This document shows, in pieces, positions 7,106 to 16,675 of a stretch of 40,466 bases of DNA (positions within the stretch are counted from its first letter, which is position 1; each line of letters begins with the position of its first letter). The DNA is taken from the NCBI GenBank assembly GCA_030647575.1, contig JAUSJS010000027.1, forward strand, positions 1 through 40,466, written 5' to 3'. Below the pieces are notes generated by a model. The model saw only the letters and a list, made by a program, of their open reading frames with translations. It made no database searches and was not told the DNA's origin. This stretch comes from Candidatus Limnocylindrales bacterium (GTDB lineage Bacteria; Chloroflexota; Limnocylindria; Limnocylindrales; CSP1-4). The position numbers were made by a program, and so were the translations under genes.

Positions 7106-9457
7106 ATGGACCAGCGATCGACCGTCCTGCTCGAGTTCCCGGCCGTCCGGGCCCGGCTCGCGGAGGCCACCTCGTTCCTACCGTCGCGCCGGCTGGCCGA
7201 GGGGCTCGAGCCGTCGAGCGACCCCGTCATCGTGGCCCGCGCTCTCGACGAGACGGATCAGATGCGCGCGCTGCTCGAGGAGCGGCCCGGGGTCGGAATC
7301 GGTGGGGCGCATGACATCGGGCCGGCGATCGAGCGCGCGGCGCGCGGAGGCCGCCTGGAGCCCGCCCAGTTTCTGGAGATCGCCGACACCCTCGATGCCG
7401 CGTCCCGCCTCGCCACGATGCTCGCCGACGAGCGCCGCCCGCTCTTGCGCGGACTCGGACAGGACCTCCATTCGCTGCCGGCCCTGCGTTCGACCCTGGC
7501 CCGCAGCTTCGACCCGGTTGGCGAGCTGCTCGACACCGCCTCGCCGCGACTCGGCGGCCTGCGGGTCGCGGTCCGGGTCGCCTACGATCGGCTGCGCCGC
7601 CGCCTGGATGCGCTCGTCGGCGCGGAGCTCGGCAGCGCCCTCCAGGAGCCGATCGTCACGTTGCGCAACGGACGCTATGTGGTGCCGGTCAAGGCCGAGG
7701 CTCGAGCGCGAGTCAAGGGGATCGTTCACGACGCGTCGGGCAGTGGCCAGACGCTGTTCATCGAACCGCTCGTCGTCGTCGAGCTCGGGAATGCCTGGCG
7801 CGAGGCGCAGGTCGCCGAAGCCGTGGAGGTCGCCCGGATCCTCGACGAGCTGTCGGCGTTCGTGGCGGCCAATGCGGCGGACCTGCGTGAGACGCTCGGT
7901 GCCCTGGCTCGCTTCGACTTCTGGGCGGCCAAGGCGGCGCTGTCCGGGGAGATGGGCGCGGTCCGTCCCGAGACCGCCGAGCGGTTCGAGGTCACCCTGC
8001 TGTCCGCCCGCCATCCGGGCCTGACCGGCCGCGTGGTCCCGATCGACATCCGGCTCGGGGACGGCTACACGGCCCTGGTCGTGACCGGTCCCAACACCGG
8101 CGGCAAGACCGTGACCCTGCGGACACTCGGGCTGCTCAGCCTGATGCACCAGGCCGGACTCCACGTCCCGGCGGCGCCCGGCAGCCGGCTCCCCATCTGG
8201 CTCGATGTCTTCGCCGACATTGGCGACGAGCAATCGATCGCCCAGTCGCTCTCGACGTTCTCCGGCCACCTCCGCTCGATCACCCGGATCGTCGAGGCGG
8301 CCGGGCCCGGCACGCTCGTCCTGCTCGACGAGCTCGGGGCCGGGACGGATCCGACCGAGGGGTCCGCGCTGGCCCAGGCCCTGCTCGACCACTTCATCCG
8401 GGCGGGCACCCTGATCGCGGCGACCACCCACTACGCCGAGCTGAAGGCGTACGCCCATACGACGCCCGGCGTGCGCAACGCGGCGGTCGAGTTCGACCTA
8501 GAGACACTCTCGCCGACCTATCGCCTCACGATCGGGCTGCCGGGCGGCAGCCAGGCATTCGCGATCGCCGAGCGGCTCGGCCTGGACCAATCGATCGTGG
8601 CCGACGCGCGCTCGCGCCTGACCGAGTCCCAGCGGACGTTCGAGGCGACCCTCGCGGCGATCCGGACGACCGAGGGCGAGACGGGCGACGCGCTCGACCG
8701 GGCGCGGGCCGCCGAGCTGCGGGCGGCGGACCAGCTCCGCATCGCCGAGGAGGAGCGCCGTCGTGCCCGCCGCGAACGCGATGAGGCGGTCCGCGCCGCG
8801 CGGGCGGAGGCAGAGAGGATCGTCGAGGACCTGCGGGCGGAGGTCAGCACGGCCCGGCAGGCGCTCGAGCGCGAGACCCTCACCGCGGCCTCACTCGATG
8901 ATGCGGTCAGCCGGGCGGAGGCCGGTCTCGAGCGACTGCCGGCGGTCGAGCCGAACCCCGAGCCCGAGCCGGTGGTACCGCGGACCTGGCGGCTGGGGGA
9001 GCGGGCACGCAGCCGATCGGGCGGCTGGGAAGGTCGGATTGCCGCCCTCGAGCGCGGCGGCAAGCGGGCGACGCTTGAAGCCGGGGGCATGCGCGTCACG
9101 GTCGACGTCGACGACCTGGTCCTTGCGTCAGGCGGGGAGGCGACAACGGATCGGGGCGGCGCCGCGGACGCGCCGGCCTCGAGCGCCTCGGCGCTGCGGC
9201 TCGACCGGGCGAATAGCGTGGCCTCCTCGCTCGATCTGCGCGGCGCCCGCGTGGATGAAGCGCTCGAGGCGCTGACCCGTTACCTGGACGATGCGGGCCT
9301 GGCCGGCCTGAGCAAGGTCATGATCATTCATGGCCTGGGAACCGGGGCGCTTCGCGATGCGGTCCGAGCCGAGGCGTCGGACCATCCGCTGGTTCGTGCC
9401 CTGCGCCCCGGCGAGCGCGGAGAGGGCGGCGACGGGGCCACCATCGTCGAGCTGTAG
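7106..9457 (+). CDS. mutS2: Endonuclease MutS2 (MutS ATPase plus C-terminal Smr domain)
   Basis: Walker A GPNTGGKTVTLRT and LLDELGAGTDP are present. The C-terminal Smr reads LDLRGARVDEALEAL...MIIHGLGTGALR. Confidence 0.94.
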   Translation: MDQRSTVLLEFPAVRARLAEATSFLPSRRLAEGLEPSSDPVIVARALDETDQMRALLEERPGVGIGGAHDIGPAIERAARGGRLEPAQFLEIADTLDAASRLATMLADERRPLLRGLGQDLHSLPALRSTLARSFDPVGELLDTASPRLGGLRVAVRVAYDRLRRRLDALVGAELGSALQEPIVTLRNGRYVVPVKAEARARVKGIVHDASGSGQTLFIEPLVVVELGNAWREAQVAEAVEVARILDELSAFVAANAADLRETLGALARFDFWAAKAALSGEMGAVRPETAERFEVTLLSARHPGLTGRVVPIDIRLGDGYTALVVTGPNTGGKTVTLRTLGLLSLMHQAGLHVPAAPGSRLPIWLDVFADIGDEQSIAQSLSTFSGHLRSITRIVEAAGPGTLVLLDELGAGTDPTEGSALAQALLDHFIRAGTLIAATTHYAELKAYAHTTPGVRNAAVEFDLETLSPTYRLTIGLPGGSQAFAIAERLGLDQSIVADARSRLTESQRTFEATLAAIRTTEGETGDALDRARAAELRAADQLRIAEEERRRARRERDEAVRAARAEAERIVEDLRAEVSTARQALERETLTAASLDDAVSRAEAGLERLPAVEPNPEPEPVVPRTWRLGERARSRSGGWEGRIAALERGGKRATLEAGGMRVTVDVDDLVLASGGEATTDRGGAADAPASSASALRLDRANSVASSLDLRGARVDEALEALTRYLDDAGLAGLSKVMIIHGLGTGALRDAVRAEASDHPLVRALRPGERGEGGDGATIVEL

Positions 9458-9460
9458 CGG

Positions 9461-9481
9461 CCCGGTGGTCGTCCCACCGGG
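9461..9481. terminator. Hairpin filling the 24-nt convergent gap between mutS2 and the PBP gene (possible bidirectional terminator)
   Basis: cccggtgg (9461-9468) pairs with ccaccggg (9474-9481) around a 5-nt loop. On the plus strand it is followed by ctagtttct. Confidence 0.45.
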
Positions 9482-12280
9482 CTAGTTTCTGGGCGGTTTG
9501 GTCGGCTTCGGCTCACGGGTCGGCCTGGGCTCTGGCGTCGGCTCGACCGCCGGACTCTCGGTCGGCAGGGGGATGCAGGCCGGCTCCGGGCTCGCGAACG
9601 GATCCTGGGGGTTGGGCGGGAACGGATTGTTCGGGTCAGGCGGGATGAACGGATCGCAGATGACAGCGACGATGGGGCAGAGCGCGGTCGGTGCGAATGG
9701 CGCCCCCCAGCTCCGCCCGAACGGGGCAAACGAGTTGTTGTAGAAGTACGAGGTCCGGGTGCCCTCGGGCCCGCCTCGCACGCCCGCGCCTCGGGCCGCG
9801 CGGGCACCCCATTCCGCATTCGCCTTCTGCCAGCTCTCGTGGCTGGCCTCGACCTCCGAGAGATCGAAGAAGCCCCGGGTGACCTCGGGACCCGCGCAAC
9901 CTTCCTGCCATAGCAAGCCGGATGCTTCGTCGATCCTGAGGGCGACCCGGCTCGTTTCCTCCTGGGTGGGGACGGTTCCGGGCACGAACAGCTCTTCGAC
10001 GATCTCGGTGGTGAACGGCCCGGGCTTGAGACCGGTGAAGGCGTCGACCTCGGCGGTCTCGAGGTCGCTCGGCGGGACGAAGTCGGCGATCGGCAGGCCC
10101 TGGCTGATCTCGGTCAGGATCGCCGACCAGAGCGGCGCCGAGGTATCGAGCGACAGCTTTCCGTCATTCGGGCTGTTGTCGCTGTTGCCCATCCAGACGC
10201 CGACCGCCAGGGCCGGGGTCTCCTCGTTGGCCGGCGGGGCGAGATAGCCGTAGGCCGCGACGTCGCGGTTGTCGCTCGTGGTGCCGGTCTTGTAAGCGGC
10301 CGGTCGCCGGGCGTCGCCGTCGTAGATCGCCCACTTGCCCCAGTACGGGTTGAGCTTCGTGTCGGTATTGCCGGCCAGGATGTCGGTGATGATGTAGGCC
10401 GCCCCGCTGCTGACCACGCGGGCGCCCTTCTGGGCCACGTCGCTCAGCGGCCAGACCGTGTTGCCGTCGGCGTCGACGATCGATTGGATGGCCCGCCGCG
10501 GGACCCGGACGCCGCCGTCGGCGATCGTGCTGAACGCCCCGAGCAGGTCGATCGGATGGAGCTCCAGGGTGCCGATGCCCATCGACACGACCGGGATGGC
10601 CGTGTTCGGATAGGTCAGCCCGAAGTCCTTCGTGCGGGCGAAGACGCGGTCGAGGCCGGTCATGACCGTGGCCTTGATCGCCGGGATGTTGAGCGAGAAC
10701 TGGAGCGCCGAACGGACCCGCACGGGGCCGCGCTCGAGCTTGTCGGCCTGGGTCGGCGTGTATTCGTTGCCGAAATCGGTCACGACGTCCATCAACATGG
10801 TGGAGGCGGTGAGCGCCTTGTCGTCGATCCCGATCAGGTAGTCGATTGGCTTGATCGCGGATCCGGGCTGCCGCCAGCCGTCGGCCAGCACGTCGAACTG
10901 CGGCTGGAACGTCTTGTTGCCCTTCGAGGTGTAGCTCGCGCTGCCGACGTATGCCAGGACCTCGCCGGTCCGGTAGTCCATCACGGCCGCCGCGGCGTTG
11001 TTGAGGTCGTGGCCGCGCAGGCCCAGGATCCAGCCCTGGGCCGCCTTGGGGATCTTGCGCGCGGTCAGGACAGCCCGCGGATCCTTGGCATTGGGCGCCC
11101 TGGCGGAAACGTAGACCCACTTCTCGGCGACCTTCTGCATCTCCCAGTCGAGCGTGGTCGTGACCCGGTAGCCGCCCGAGTCGACCTTCGGGCAGTCGTC
11201 CGGCGAGTCCGGGCAGAAGATCTCGCCCAGCTGCCGGCGGACCTGCCAGACGAAGTGAGGGGCCTTCCAGTTGATCGAGACCTGCTGCTGGAGGTCGACC
11301 GGCTCGTCTTTGGCCGCCTCGTACTGGGCCGCGCTGTGCTTGTCGCCGGTCAGCGGGCTGCGCGTCTTCATCAGGTCGAGGATGTGGTTGCGGCGCAGGA
11401 CGATCTCGGTCTCGGGGGGCACGACCAGCTTGAACTTGGTGCACTCGGCGCCCTCGGGGACGTCCTCGAGGCAGACCGACTCGGCGTTCCGGACCAGGTC
11501 GAAGCGGGTGGGGGACTGGGGGATCGCGGCCAGGATCGCCGCCTGGGCCAGGGTCAGCTCGTCGAGCGACTTGCCGAAGTAGCTCCTGGCGGCCGCCTTC
11601 ACGCCGTAGCTCTGGTTGCCGTAGAAGTTCTGGTTCAGATATGCGGTGATGATCTGTTCCTTGCCCTCCTGGCCGGGGAACGCTTCGGTCAGGCGGATCG
11701 ACTGGATGATCTCGCGGATCTTGCGCTCGTAGGTCGAGCCTTCGAAGGCCTCGGGCGGCAGCAGCCGCTGGCGAACGAGCTGCTGGGTGATCGTCGAGGC
11801 GCCACGAGGTCGGCCGCTGACCGTGTCGATGCCGGCCGAGATGATGGCGAACGGATCGAACCCTGCATTGGTCCAGAAGTCCTTGTCCTCAATCGCGGTC
11901 GTCGAATCGAGCACCTCGCCCGGAATCTCGTCGAACTCGACGAGCTCGCGCTTGAGGTCGCCGAGACGGGCGAGCTCGATCTTGCCAGTTCGGTCGTAGA
12001 CGATCGTCTGCTGCTCGAACTGGATGCTGTTGAGGGCCGCGGCGGGTAGGGGCAGGCCGGCGGCGTAGTGGTTGTAGGCGCCGACCACCACGAGCAGGCC
12101 GACGAATGCCACGAGGATCGTTCCGACGAGCAGGACGGCGAGGATGGCGCCGACGACCGTGGCGACGGTCGTTCCGCGACGTCCGCTCGGGCGCCGCCCG
12201 ATTGCCCGTCGGTGGCGCTGGCGCCGCGCGACACTGGTCTGCATGAGGGGCCGCACGATAGCATAGGGGGCGTGAACCAA
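9482..12280 (-). CDS. Class A penicillin-binding protein (PBP1A-type transglycosylase/transpeptidase) with Pro-rich C-terminal tail
   Basis: There is an N-terminal TM segment. GT51 motifs are EDKDFWTNAGFD and RGASTITQQLVRQ. Transpeptidase motifs are GSAIKP (SxxK), SLN and KTGTT. Start is TTG 12280 (GGGAGG 10 nt upstream) or ATG 12244. Confidence 0.92.
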   Translation of the reverse strand: MVHAPYAIVRPLMQTSVARRQRHRRAIGRRPSGRRGTTVATVVGAILAVLLVGTILVAFVGLLVVVGAYNHYAAGLPLPAAALNSIQFEQQTIVYDRTGKIELARLGDLKRELVEFDEIPGEVLDSTTAIEDKDFWTNAGFDPFAIISAGIDTVSGRPRGASTITQQLVRQRLLPPEAFEGSTYERKIREIIQSIRLTEAFPGQEGKEQIITAYLNQNFYGNQSYGVKAAARSYFGKSLDELTLAQAAILAAIPQSPTRFDLVRNAESVCLEDVPEGAECTKFKLVVPPETEIVLRRNHILDLMKTRSPLTGDKHSAAQYEAAKDEPVDLQQQVSINWKAPHFVWQVRRQLGEIFCPDSPDDCPKVDSGGYRVTTTLDWEMQKVAEKWVYVSARAPNAKDPRAVLTARKIPKAAQGWILGLRGHDLNNAAAAVMDYRTGEVLAYVGSASYTSKGNKTFQPQFDVLADGWRQPGSAIKPIDYLIGIDDKALTASTMLMDVVTDFGNEYTPTQADKLERGPVRVRSALQFSLNIPAIKATVMTGLDRVFARTKDFGLTYPNTAIPVVSMGIGTLELHPIDLLGAFSTIADGGVRVPRRAIQSIVDADGNTVWPLSDVAQKGARVVSSGAAYIITDILAGNTDTKLNPYWGKWAIYDGDARRPAAYKTGTTSDNRDVAAYGYLAPPANEETPALAVGVWMGNSDNSPNDGKLSLDTSAPLWSAILTEISQGLPIADFVPPSDLETAEVDAFTGLKPGPFTTEIVEELFVPGTVPTQEETSRVALRIDEASGLLWQEGCAGPEVTRGFFDLSEVEASHESWQKANAEWGARAARGAGVRGGPEGTRTSYFYNNSFAPFGRSWGAPFAPTALCPIVAVICDPFIPPDPNNPFPPNPQDPFASPEPACIPLPTESPAVEPTPEPRPTREPKPTKPPRN

Positions 12281-12327
12281 CGGTCAGCGGCCTCCCGCTG
12301 GGTCGAGACGACTCGGGCCGGATCACT

Positions 12328-13641
12328 GTGACGAGCCACATCCCGGTGGCGCGCGGGCCCGAAGGCGGCCTCGATGGGTTCCTGGCCGAACTGGAATGGC
12401 GTGGCATCCTGCATGGGACGACGCCGGGTCTCGCCGAGCGGCTTGCGACCGGGCAGCCGATCTCCGCCTACGTCGGGTTCGATCCGTCCTTCGACTCGCT
12501 CCACGTGGGACACCTGGTTCCGATCTTCGGGCTGCTCCGGCTCCAACGTCACGGCGGACAGCCGGTCGCACTGGTAGGTGGCGGCACCGGGATGATCGGC
12601 GACCCGTCCGGGCGCTCGTCGGAACGGAACCTGCTGGATCGCGAGACGCTCGAAGCCAACGTGGTTTTGCTGCGCGGCCAGCTGGAGCGATTCCTCGACT
12701 TCACGCCCGGGTCGGGCTCGGCGCTCATGGTCAACAACCTGGATTGGCTGGGCGGGCTGGGCCTGATCGACTTCCTGCGCGACATCGGCAAGCACTTCAC
12801 GATCCCGTACATGCTGGCCAAGGACTCCGTGCAGGTCCGGCTCGATCGCGGCCTGTCGTTCACCGAGTTCAGTTACATGCTCCTGCAGGCCTACGACTTC
12901 GCCCACCTGCACCGGACGAGGGGTGTGGAGCTGCAGATGGGCGGTGCCGACCAGTGGGGCAACATCACGGCCGGACTCGAGCTGATTCGGCGCGTCGCCG
13001 GCGGTGAGGGAGGCACCGAGCCCGCCCACGCCCTGGCCTACAAGCTGCTGCTCACCACGTCGGGGGCAAAGTTCGGCAAGAGCGAGAGTGGAGAGTCGGT
13101 CTGGTTGGACCCGAGTCGGACCTCGCCGTACGCCTTCTACCAGTACTGGCTCAACGCCGACGACCGAGACGTCGGAACCTACCTGCGCTGGTTCACCGAG
13201 TTCCCGAGGGAGCAGATCGAGGCGCTCGAGGCGGAGACGGCACGATCGGCGGAGGGACGGCTGGCCCAGCGGGCGCTGGCGCGCGACATCACGGCCCGGA
13301 CCCACGGCGAGGCCGCGGCGGCGCGGGCGATCGCCGATTCCGAGGCCAAGTTCTCGTCGAACGCGTTCACGGACCCTGCCGTTCTGCGATCACTCTTCGA
13401 GGGGAGCGGCGGGTTCACGTTCGACTCCGCCATGCTGGTCGCCGGGACGGCCGTGCTGCTGGCCGAAGCTGGCCTCTTCCCGTCGCGTGGCGAGGCCCGA
13501 CGCACGATTGCCGGTGGCGGAGTGACCGTCAACGGCGTGCGCGTGACGGACCCGGCGCTCGTCCCGGAGCTCATCGCCGGGGAGTGGCTCGACGTGCGGA
13601 TCGGGAAGCGCCGCCGGGAGATCGGCCGGAAGGCGGGCTGA
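12328..13641 (+). CDS. tyrS: Tyrosine--tRNA ligase
   Basis: AYVGFDPSFDSLHVGHL (HIGH), GGADQWGNI, KFGKS (KMSKS) and a C-terminal S4-like domain are present. Start is GTG 12328, with an alternative GTG at 12346. Confidence 0.95.
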   Translation: MTSHIPVARGPEGGLDGFLAELEWRGILHGTTPGLAERLATGQPISAYVGFDPSFDSLHVGHLVPIFGLLRLQRHGGQPVALVGGGTGMIGDPSGRSSERNLLDRETLEANVVLLRGQLERFLDFTPGSGSALMVNNLDWLGGLGLIDFLRDIGKHFTIPYMLAKDSVQVRLDRGLSFTEFSYMLLQAYDFAHLHRTRGVELQMGGADQWGNITAGLELIRRVAGGEGGTEPAHALAYKLLLTTSGAKFGKSESGESVWLDPSRTSPYAFYQYWLNADDRDVGTYLRWFTEFPREQIEALEAETARSAEGRLAQRALARDITARTHGEAAAARAIADSEAKFSSNAFTDPAVLRSLFEGSGGFTFDSAMLVAGTAVLLAEAGLFPSRGEARRTIAGGGVTVNGVRVTDPALVPELIAGEWLDVRIGKRRREIGRKAG

Positions 13642-13737
13642 GGCCGTGGCGAGGCATTGTCACCGTGCCCGCCCGTCGCCGCGCCCGGTCCCGAAAACGG
13701 CAGAACATACATGCCCAGACTCTTGTGGCTGAAACCG

Positions 13738-13888
13738 TGGCCCATCAGGCGGGGAATCAGTCGAGCGAGGGCTCGGCGCCCAGTCCCTGAGCGTGGATGT
13801 GGTCCGGCCGAGCGCTGATTCGTCTTGGAGCGGCCACTGGATCGGCCATTGCAGTCCCGGGGTGGATGTTCCGCCATTGGATGGGTCA
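13738..13888. ncRNA. Candidate structured RNA in the tyrS/hisIE convergent spacer (strand and identity unknown)
   Basis: A long-range helix (13738-13752 with 13871-13888, about 15 bp with small bulges) encloses a 7-bp helix (13754-13760 / 13815-13821) and a 5-bp GAGG-loop hairpin (13762-13775). No known RNA-family motif was recognised. Confidence 0.2.
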
Positions 13889-13915
13889 GCACGCCTCGGT
13901 CGATGGCTCGCAGCC

Positions 13916-14632
13916 TCAATGCCGGTGGCGAGCGCGCAATGCCTCGACCACTGCCGACGCCGGCAAGCCCCGTTCGACGAACAGCACCAACGCGTGGTAC
14001 AGCAGGTCGGCGGCCTCGCCGGCGAGCGCCTGGCGAGTCGCAGCACGGTCGGCCCCGGCGTCCTGCACCGCGGCGTCATCCTGCGCCGCGGTCTCGGCCG
14101 CGGCGTCGTCCTTGGCCGCCATGAGCACCTCGGTCGCCTCCTCGACTACCTTGCGCGCCACCGCGTCGACCCCGCCCGCCAGCAATCGGGCCGTGTACGA
14201 GCCCTCCGGCCGCTCCGAGGCGCGCGCGGCGATCGTGGTCCAGAGCGTTTCGAGCCAGGCGAAGCCCTGGGCCCGACGTTGCGGCGGCGCGCCGGCGGGG
14301 TCGAAGCAGCTCCGGGTCCCGCGGTGGCAGGTCGGGCCGACCGGCTCGACGGTCAGCAGCAGGGCATCGCCGTCGCAGTCGACCGCCAGATCGACCAGGC
14401 GCAGGACGTTGCCGCTCGTCTCGCCCTTGCGCCAGAGGCGATCGCGCGAACGTGAGTGGAAGTGGACCTCGCCGGTCGCCAGCGTCGCCTCGAGCGCCTC
14501 CGCGTCCATGTGGGCGAGCATGAGGACCCGGCCGTCCGTCGCGTCCTGGACGATGGCGGGGACGAGGCCGCCGGCGTCGTAGCGGAGGTCCGGCCGAGGC
14601 CAGCGGGCCGGACCGGGACTCTCGGCCGTCAT
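13916..14632 (-). CDS. hisIE: Bifunctional phosphoribosyl-AMP cyclohydrolase / phosphoribosyl-ATP pyrophosphatase
   Basis: This is the real part of the over-long ORF 13916..15844. ATG 14632 overlaps the hisF TGA (ATGA). The HisI part is [22 protein letters not shown]...WRKGETSGN...DCDGDALL...PTCH. The HisE part is SYTARLL...KVVEEATE...GEAADLLYH. Confidence 0.93.
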   Translation of the reverse strand: MTAESPGPARWPRPDLRYDAGGLVPAIVQDATDGRVLMLAHMDAEALEATLATGEVHFHSRSRDRLWRKGETSGNVLRLVDLAVDCDGDALLLTVEPVGPTCHRGTRSCFDPAGAPPQRRAQGFAWLETLWTTIAARASERPEGSYTARLLAGGVDAVARKVVEEATEVLMAAKDDAAAETAAQDDAAVQDAGADRAATRQALAGEAADLLYHALVLFVERGLPASAVVEALRARHRH

Positions 14633-15405
14633 GCCACGGCCTGCGGGACGAGGCGGACCGGCAGGCCGGCCGCGGCCATGGCGGCCTTCACCTCGGCGAT
14701 GGCGTGGATCCGGCGATGGAAGATGGACGCCGCGAGGACCGCGTCCGCCCCGCCGTCGCGCACGGCCGCCACGAAATCCGCCGGACCGGCGGCGCCGCCC
14801 GAGGCGATGACCGGAACCTCGACCGTAGAGCTGATCGAGCGCAGCAGCGCCGTGTCGAAGCCGGATCCCGTTCCGTCCCGGTCGATCGAGGTGACCAGCA
14901 GCTCGCCCGCGCCGAGTTCCACGGCACGCTGCGCCCAGGCGAGCGCGTCGAGACCGGTCGATTGACGGCCGCCCTGCACCACGACCTCCCACGCGGCGGC
15001 CGCGGTCTGCCTGGCGTCGATGGCGACGACGACCGCCTGCCGGCCGAATCGCTCGGCGCACTGCCGGATCAGGTCCGGTTCGGCGACGGCCGCGGTGTTG
15101 AGCGAGACCTTGTCCGCCCCCGCTCGCAGCACGTCGCGCATCTCGTTGACCGTCCGCACGCCGCCACCGACGGTCAGCGGGATGAATGCCCGCCGGGCGG
15201 TCCGCTCGACGATATCGAGGAGCGTTCCGCGGCGCTCCGGCGCGGCGGTGATGTCGAGGAAGACGAGCTCGTCGGCGCCTTCCCGTGCGTAGCGCTCGGC
15301 CAGCTCGGGTGGATCGCCCTCGTCGACCAGGTCGACGAAACGGGTCCCCTTGACGACCCGGCCGTCGGCCACGTCCAGGCATGGGATCACCCGGCGGCGG
15401 AGCAT
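14629..15405 (-). CDS. hisF: Imidazole glycerol phosphate synthase cyclase subunit
   Basis: [16 protein letters not shown]...[12 protein letters not shown]...PLTVGGGV...VSLNTAA... is canonical HisF. Confidence 0.96.
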   Translation of the reverse strand: MLRRRVIPCLDVADGRVVKGTRFVDLVDEGDPPELAERYAREGADELVFLDITAAPERRGTLLDIVERTARRAFIPLTVGGGVRTVNEMRDVLRAGADKVSLNTAAVAEPDLIRQCAERFGRQAVVVAIDARQTAAAAWEVVVQGGRQSTGLDALAWAQRAVELGAGELLVTSIDRDGTGSGFDTALLRSISSTVEVPVIASGGAAGPADFVAAVRDGGADAVLAASIFHRRIHAIAEVKAAMAAAGLPVRLVPQAVA

Positions 15406-16052
15406 CAGGCGGCCCGCACCAGCCCGACGAAGTTGGCGAGCAGCCGAAGGCCGTCGGGCCCGCTCCGTTCGGGGTGGAACTGGACGCCGACGAGCGCGCC
15501 GCGACTGACCGCCGAGACGAATGCCTGGCCATGCGTGGTTCGGGCGAGCACCAGCCCATCGGCGTGGGCCGCGTTCGAGTCTGCGTCCGGTGGAGCGCCG
15601 GCGTAGGAGTGGACGAAGTAGAAGTCGGCCCCGTCCTCGATGCCATCGAAGAGCGGGTGCGCCCGGGTCCGCTCGACCTGGTTCCAGCCGATGTGCGGCA
15701 GCGTCGGGGCGTCCCTGAGGCGGACCGTCCGGCCGGGCAGCGTGCCCAGCGTGGTCGCGCCGTCCTCGTCGCTGCCCTCGAAGAGCAACTGCAGGCCCAG
15801 GCAGATGCCCAGGAACGGGCGATCCGCGGCGAGCCAGGTGGCAATCGGCTCGGTCAGGCCCTGGCGGTCGAGACGCGCCATCGCCGGGGCAGCGGCACCG
15901 ACGCCGGGCACCACGACCGCATCCACGCCACGGAGGGCTGCAGCGTCGCCGGCGATGCGCACGTCCGCGCCGACGGTCGTGAGCGCCTGGTCGATGCTGA
16001 CGAGGTTGCCCGCCCCGTAATCGACGACCGCCACGACCGGCCGGGCGCTCAT
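15405..16052 (-). CDS. hisH: Imidazole glycerol phosphate synthase glutamine amidotransferase subunit
   Basis: [14 protein letters not shown]...VVPGVGA...[12 protein letters not shown]...FYFVHSY...[10 protein letters not shown] is a class I GATase with the HisH pattern. Confidence 0.95.
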   Translation of the reverse strand: MSARPVVAVVDYGAGNLVSIDQALTTVGADVRIAGDAAALRGVDAVVVPGVGAAAPAMARLDRQGLTEPIATWLAADRPFLGICLGLQLLFEGSDEDGATTLGTLPGRTVRLRDAPTLPHIGWNQVERTRAHPLFDGIEDGADFYFVHSYAGAPPDADSNAAHADGLVLARTTHGQAFVSAVSRGALVGVQFHPERSGPDGLRLLANFVGLVRAA

Positions 16053-16675
16053 CCCAGGGTGCCCTTGGTTGAGGCGACGCCGGTCCGCCGAGAATCGAGC
16101 TCGCAGGCGACCCGCAGCGCCCGTCCCAGGGCCTTGAACGCCGCCTCGGCCAGGTGGTGATCGTTGCGCCCGGTGCCCGTCAGGTGCAGGGTCGCGCCGG
16201 CCGTGCGGGCGAACGCCTCCAGGGCGTGCTCGACCAGCTGGAGCGGCAGCCCGCCGACGCGCTCGCCACGAAACGGCAGGTCGATCAGCGCGTACGGTCG
16301 CCCGCCGAGGTCGAGAGTGGCCGTTGCCAGCGACTCATCCATCGGCACCGAGCTCTGCCCGAACCGGGCGATCCCGGCACGGTCGCCGAGAGCCTCGGAG
16401 AAGGCCGCGCCCAGGACCAGGGCAACGTCCTCCACGGTGTGGTGCTCGTCGATCTGCAGGTCGCCATCGGCATTGACAGCGAGATCGAACTGGCCGTGGT
16501 GGGCCATCGATCCCAGCAGGTGGTCGTAGAAGCCGAGGCCTGTGTCGACCGAGGTCGAGCCGGTTCCGTCGAGTCCGAGGGTCACCGTGATCGAGGTCTC
16601 GCGCGTCGAGCGCGCCACGCTGACGCGGCGTCCCTCGCGCGGACCGATCGTCAGGTCCCCGAGCGGTGTGGTCAT
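16049..16675 (-). CDS. hisB: Imidazoleglycerol-phosphate dehydratase
   Basis: [16 protein letters not shown]...[10 protein letters not shown]...[18 protein letters not shown]...[20 protein letters not shown]. Confidence 0.95.
   Translation of the reverse strand: MTTPLGDLTIGPREGRRVSVARSTRETSITVTLGLDGTGSTSVDTGLGFYDHLLGSMAHHGQFDLAVNADGDLQIDEHHTVEDVALVLGAAFSEALGDRAGIARFGQSSVPMDESLATATLDLGGRPYALIDLPFRGERVGGLPLQLVEHALEAFARTAGATLHLTGTGRNDHHLAEAAFKALGRALRVACELDSRRTGVASTKGTLG

Noticed and set aside
10484-12049. 521-aa ORF on the plus strand, antisense to the PBP gene. Similar long antisense ORFs are 445-1458(-), 4214-5299(-), 7178-8458(-), 10164-11444(-) and 27999-29321(+).
   Set aside because: All lie fully inside well-supported genes on the opposite strand or in another frame. 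They encode Arg/Gly/Pro/Asp-rich low-complexity products with no recognisable motifs and lack SDs. This is the expected stop-codon-poor shadow-ORF artefact of a genome with about 70% GC.
12281-12327. Expected a T-box leader upstream of tyrS (and of pheS at 2067-2174).
   Set aside because: The spacers are only 47 nt and 108 nt. T-box leaders need about 200 nt or more and a conserved T-box sequence, and neither is present.
13831-13842. GGCCACTGG resembles the GCCACTG core of the cobalamin riboswitch B12 box.
   Set aside because: The other conserved cobalamin-riboswitch elements (the GGGAA...GGTG..AA.TCC upstream block) are not present. There is also no downstream gene on either strand for a riboswitch to control, because the gene ends are convergent.
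13642-13915. Known housekeeping RNAs (tRNA, tmRNA, SRP RNA, RNase P RNA, 6S RNA) in the long non-coding regions 13642-13915, 21184-21466, 25006-25243 and 34178-34807.
   Set aside because: None of the hallmark strings were seen on either strand. These strings are the T-loop GGTTCGAATCC-type, the tmRNA 3' end, the SRP GGTCCGGAAGGAAGCAGC and the RNase P GAGGAAAGTCCGGGC. 6S RNA cannot be excluded by sequence alone, but the pairing pattern at 13738-13888 is branched rather than rod-like.
14633-15844. N-terminal 400 aa of the listed 642-aa ORF 13916-15844(-), which could be read as a giant fusion protein.
   Set aside because: This part overlaps hisF and hisH in a different frame and is Arg/Pro/Gly-rich. 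The recognisable HisIE sequence starts at Met 14632, exactly at an ATGA overlap with hisF.
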